Part shown: one piece after another, positions 44,883 through 45,923 of the stretch
Position numbering within the stretch: the first letter of the stretch is position 1
How the letters are laid out: each line of letters opens with the position of its first letter
Notes under the pieces: model-generated
Seen by the model: the letters and a program-made list of their open reading frames with translations, nothing else
The model's database searches: none
Told to the model about the DNA's origin: nothing
Assembly (NCBI GenBank): GCA_944372485.1
Contig: CALVZI010000009.1
Span: 1-45,923 of the forward strand
From: an uncultured Bacilli bacterium
GTDB lineage: Bacteria > Bacillota_I > Bacilli_A > RF39 > UBA660
Direction: 5' to 3'
Length of the DNA: 45,923 nucleotides
Program-made: the position numbers and the translations under genes

Positions 44883-44923
44883 ATGCACCTAGTGTGTGTT
44901 ATAATGTATGTAATGCACTTAGT
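44883..44923 (+). promoter_or_regulatory. promoter of the XRE paralog bracketed by direct repeats (candidate operators)
   Basis: ATGCACCTAGT (44883-44893) and ATGCACTTAGT (44913-44923), 30 bp apart, flank TGtTATAAT (44897-44905). Confidence 0.5.
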
Positions 44924-44945
44924 TAAAAAAAAGGAGTTGAAAAAA

Positions 44946-45155
44946 ATGTATTTGAAACTAAAAAATTTACGTTTAGAACATAAATATACAACTGCATTTA
45001 TGGCAGATGCTTTAGGAATAAGTAAACCATTTTATAGTCAAATAGAATCTGGTAAACGTAGATTGTCATATGATATGGCTATTAGAATATCAAAAGTATT
45101 TAAAACTAAACCTGATGCTATTTTTTATGAAGATCATTTAAATAATAAAAAGTAA
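44946..45155 (+). CDS. small XRE-family helix-turn-helix regulator (69 aa), paralog of the 29424-29621 gene
   Basis: TTAFMADALGISKPFYSQIESGKRRL is an HTH. The C-terminus FKTKPDAIFYEDH parallels FNLKPDDLFYEDY of the other copy. RBS AAGGAG lies 10 nt before ATG 44946 (the track ORF starts at 44883). Confidence 0.75.
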   Translation: MYLKLKNLRLEHKYTTAFMADALGISKPFYSQIESGKRRLSYDMAIRISKVFKTKPDAIFYEDHLNNKK

Positions 45156-45171
45156 AGATTTAGTTATAAAA

Positions 45172-45198
45172 ATGAGAAAAATTAATTTCTCGTTTTTT
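45172..45198 (+). terminator. rho-independent terminator
   Basis: GAGAAA-AATTAA-TTTCTC followed by GTTTTTT. Confidence 0.55.
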
Positions 45199-45212
45199 AA
45201 TTATAAAAAACA

Positions 45213-45221
45213 TGTTATAAT
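45213..45221 (+). promoter_or_regulatory. extended -10 element upstream of pyk
   Basis: TGtTATAAT, 18 nt before ATG 45240; no convincing -35. Confidence 0.35.
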
Positions 45222-45239
45222 ATAATAAGGTGGGATATA

Positions 45240-45923
45240 TGAATAAAACAAAAATAATTGCGACAATAGGTCCAGCAACAGATACAAAAGAAAAATTAAA
45301 AAATATAATTATGAGTGGGGTTGATGTTATTAGAATTAATATGAGTCATGCTAACCACGCATATTGTAAAAAAATAATTGAAGATATAAAGGCTATTAAT
45401 GATGAATTAAAAATATATATACCAATTATGTTAGATCTAGCTGGCCCTGAAATAAGAATATTAAAATTAAAAGATAATGAAGTGGAACTAAAAGAAGGTA
45501 CTTTAGTAAAAATATATGCTGATGGAAGATTAGGTAATGCAAATGAATTATCAGTTAATAAAGAAGAATTAATTACTAATGTAAAATATAATGCTATTTT
45601 AAAATTAGATGATGGTAAAATAACTTTGCAAGTAATAAACAAAATGGATAATTATATTGAATGTAAAGTTTTAATTGGGGGTATAATAAAAAGTGAAAAA
45701 GCTATAAATGTACCTGGTTGCAATTTGAATTTACCCTTCTTGAGTGAAAAAGATAAATCTGATGTTTTATTTGCAAGTAAAAATAATGTTGATTTTCTAG
45801 CTCTATCTTTTGTTCGTGATGAAGAAGATATTTTAGAAGTAACTGATTTATTAATTGAAAAGAAAAATAATCATACAAGTATAATTTCTAAAATTAAATA
45901 TGAAAATGCAGCCCTACAACAAC
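45240..45923 (+). CDS. pyk: pyruvate kinase, N-terminal 228 codons (partial, runs off the right edge; not in the ORF track)
   Basis: MNKTKIIATIGPATDTKEKLKNIIMSGVDVIRINMSHANH...LDLAGPEIR...INVPG are the pyruvate kinase N-terminal blocks. RBS AAGGTGGG. Frame is open to the window end. Confidence 0.9.

Noticed and set aside
45346-45642. 98-aa minus-strand ORF
   Set aside because: Antisense inside the pyruvate kinase gene (plus frame open from ATG 45240 to the window end, with pyk motifs).
1-45923. CRISPR arrays, rRNA/tRNA genes, IS elements
   Set aside because: I read through all intergenic regions. I found no regularly spaced 25-40-nt repeats, no GC-rich cloverleaf-capable segments, and no transposase or integrase-like ORFs.

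Overview
Strongly AT-rich chromosomal segment, standard genetic code, from a low-GC Gram-positive bacterium. It looks Bacillota-like: SpoVS, YlbD/YlbE/RsmD synteny, wall-teichoic-acid machinery, AGGAGG-type ribosome-binding sites, extended TGnTATAAT promoters and hairpin plus T-run terminators. I saw no rRNA, tRNA, CRISPR array, transposase or integrase. Layout: (i) 0.2-5.3 kb holds monocistronic accessory genes: a stand-alone C39-like peptidase, two HD phosphohydrolases (one interrupted by an in-frame TAA), a half-size M3-like metallopeptidase and a lipoprotein. (ii) 5.3-20.6 kb is a cell-envelope block: a large polytopic membrane protein, spoVS, an SOS-boxed Y-family polymerase with a YolD partner, two acyltransferase-3 genes, four TagB/TagF-type glycerophosphotransferases (two tandem paralogs and one TagF-GT4 fusion), the tagG/tagH exporter and an LCP ligase. 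(iii) 20.7-25.4 kb is the arginine deiminase operon arcA-arcB-arcC plus a YfcC-type carrier. (iv) 25.4-32.9 kb holds a GNAT, sufU, an unknown ORF, sufB, a lipoprotein, a tail-less SSB, a divergent XRE pair, pdp, rpoZ, ylbD/ylbE-like genes and rsmD. (v) 33.0-36.0 kb is a compact bacteriocin module: a C39-ABC exporter and a 150-aa accessory protein without a coiled coil. It also contains two double-glycine-leader peptide genes and a 45-aa hydrophobic immunity candidate, all three missing from the ORF track. (vi) 36-45.9 kb holds a second SOS-boxed polymerase (dinB), tex, rpmB, yidD with a degenerate ZnuA-like lipoprotein, rnc with a coupled unknown ORF, yebC, an orphan type IV pilin-like gene, a repeat-rich spacer, an XRE paralog and the 5' part of pyk. 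The bacteriocin module is my best candidate for a new, unannotated system. All functional calls come from motif recognition by eye; no searches were run.
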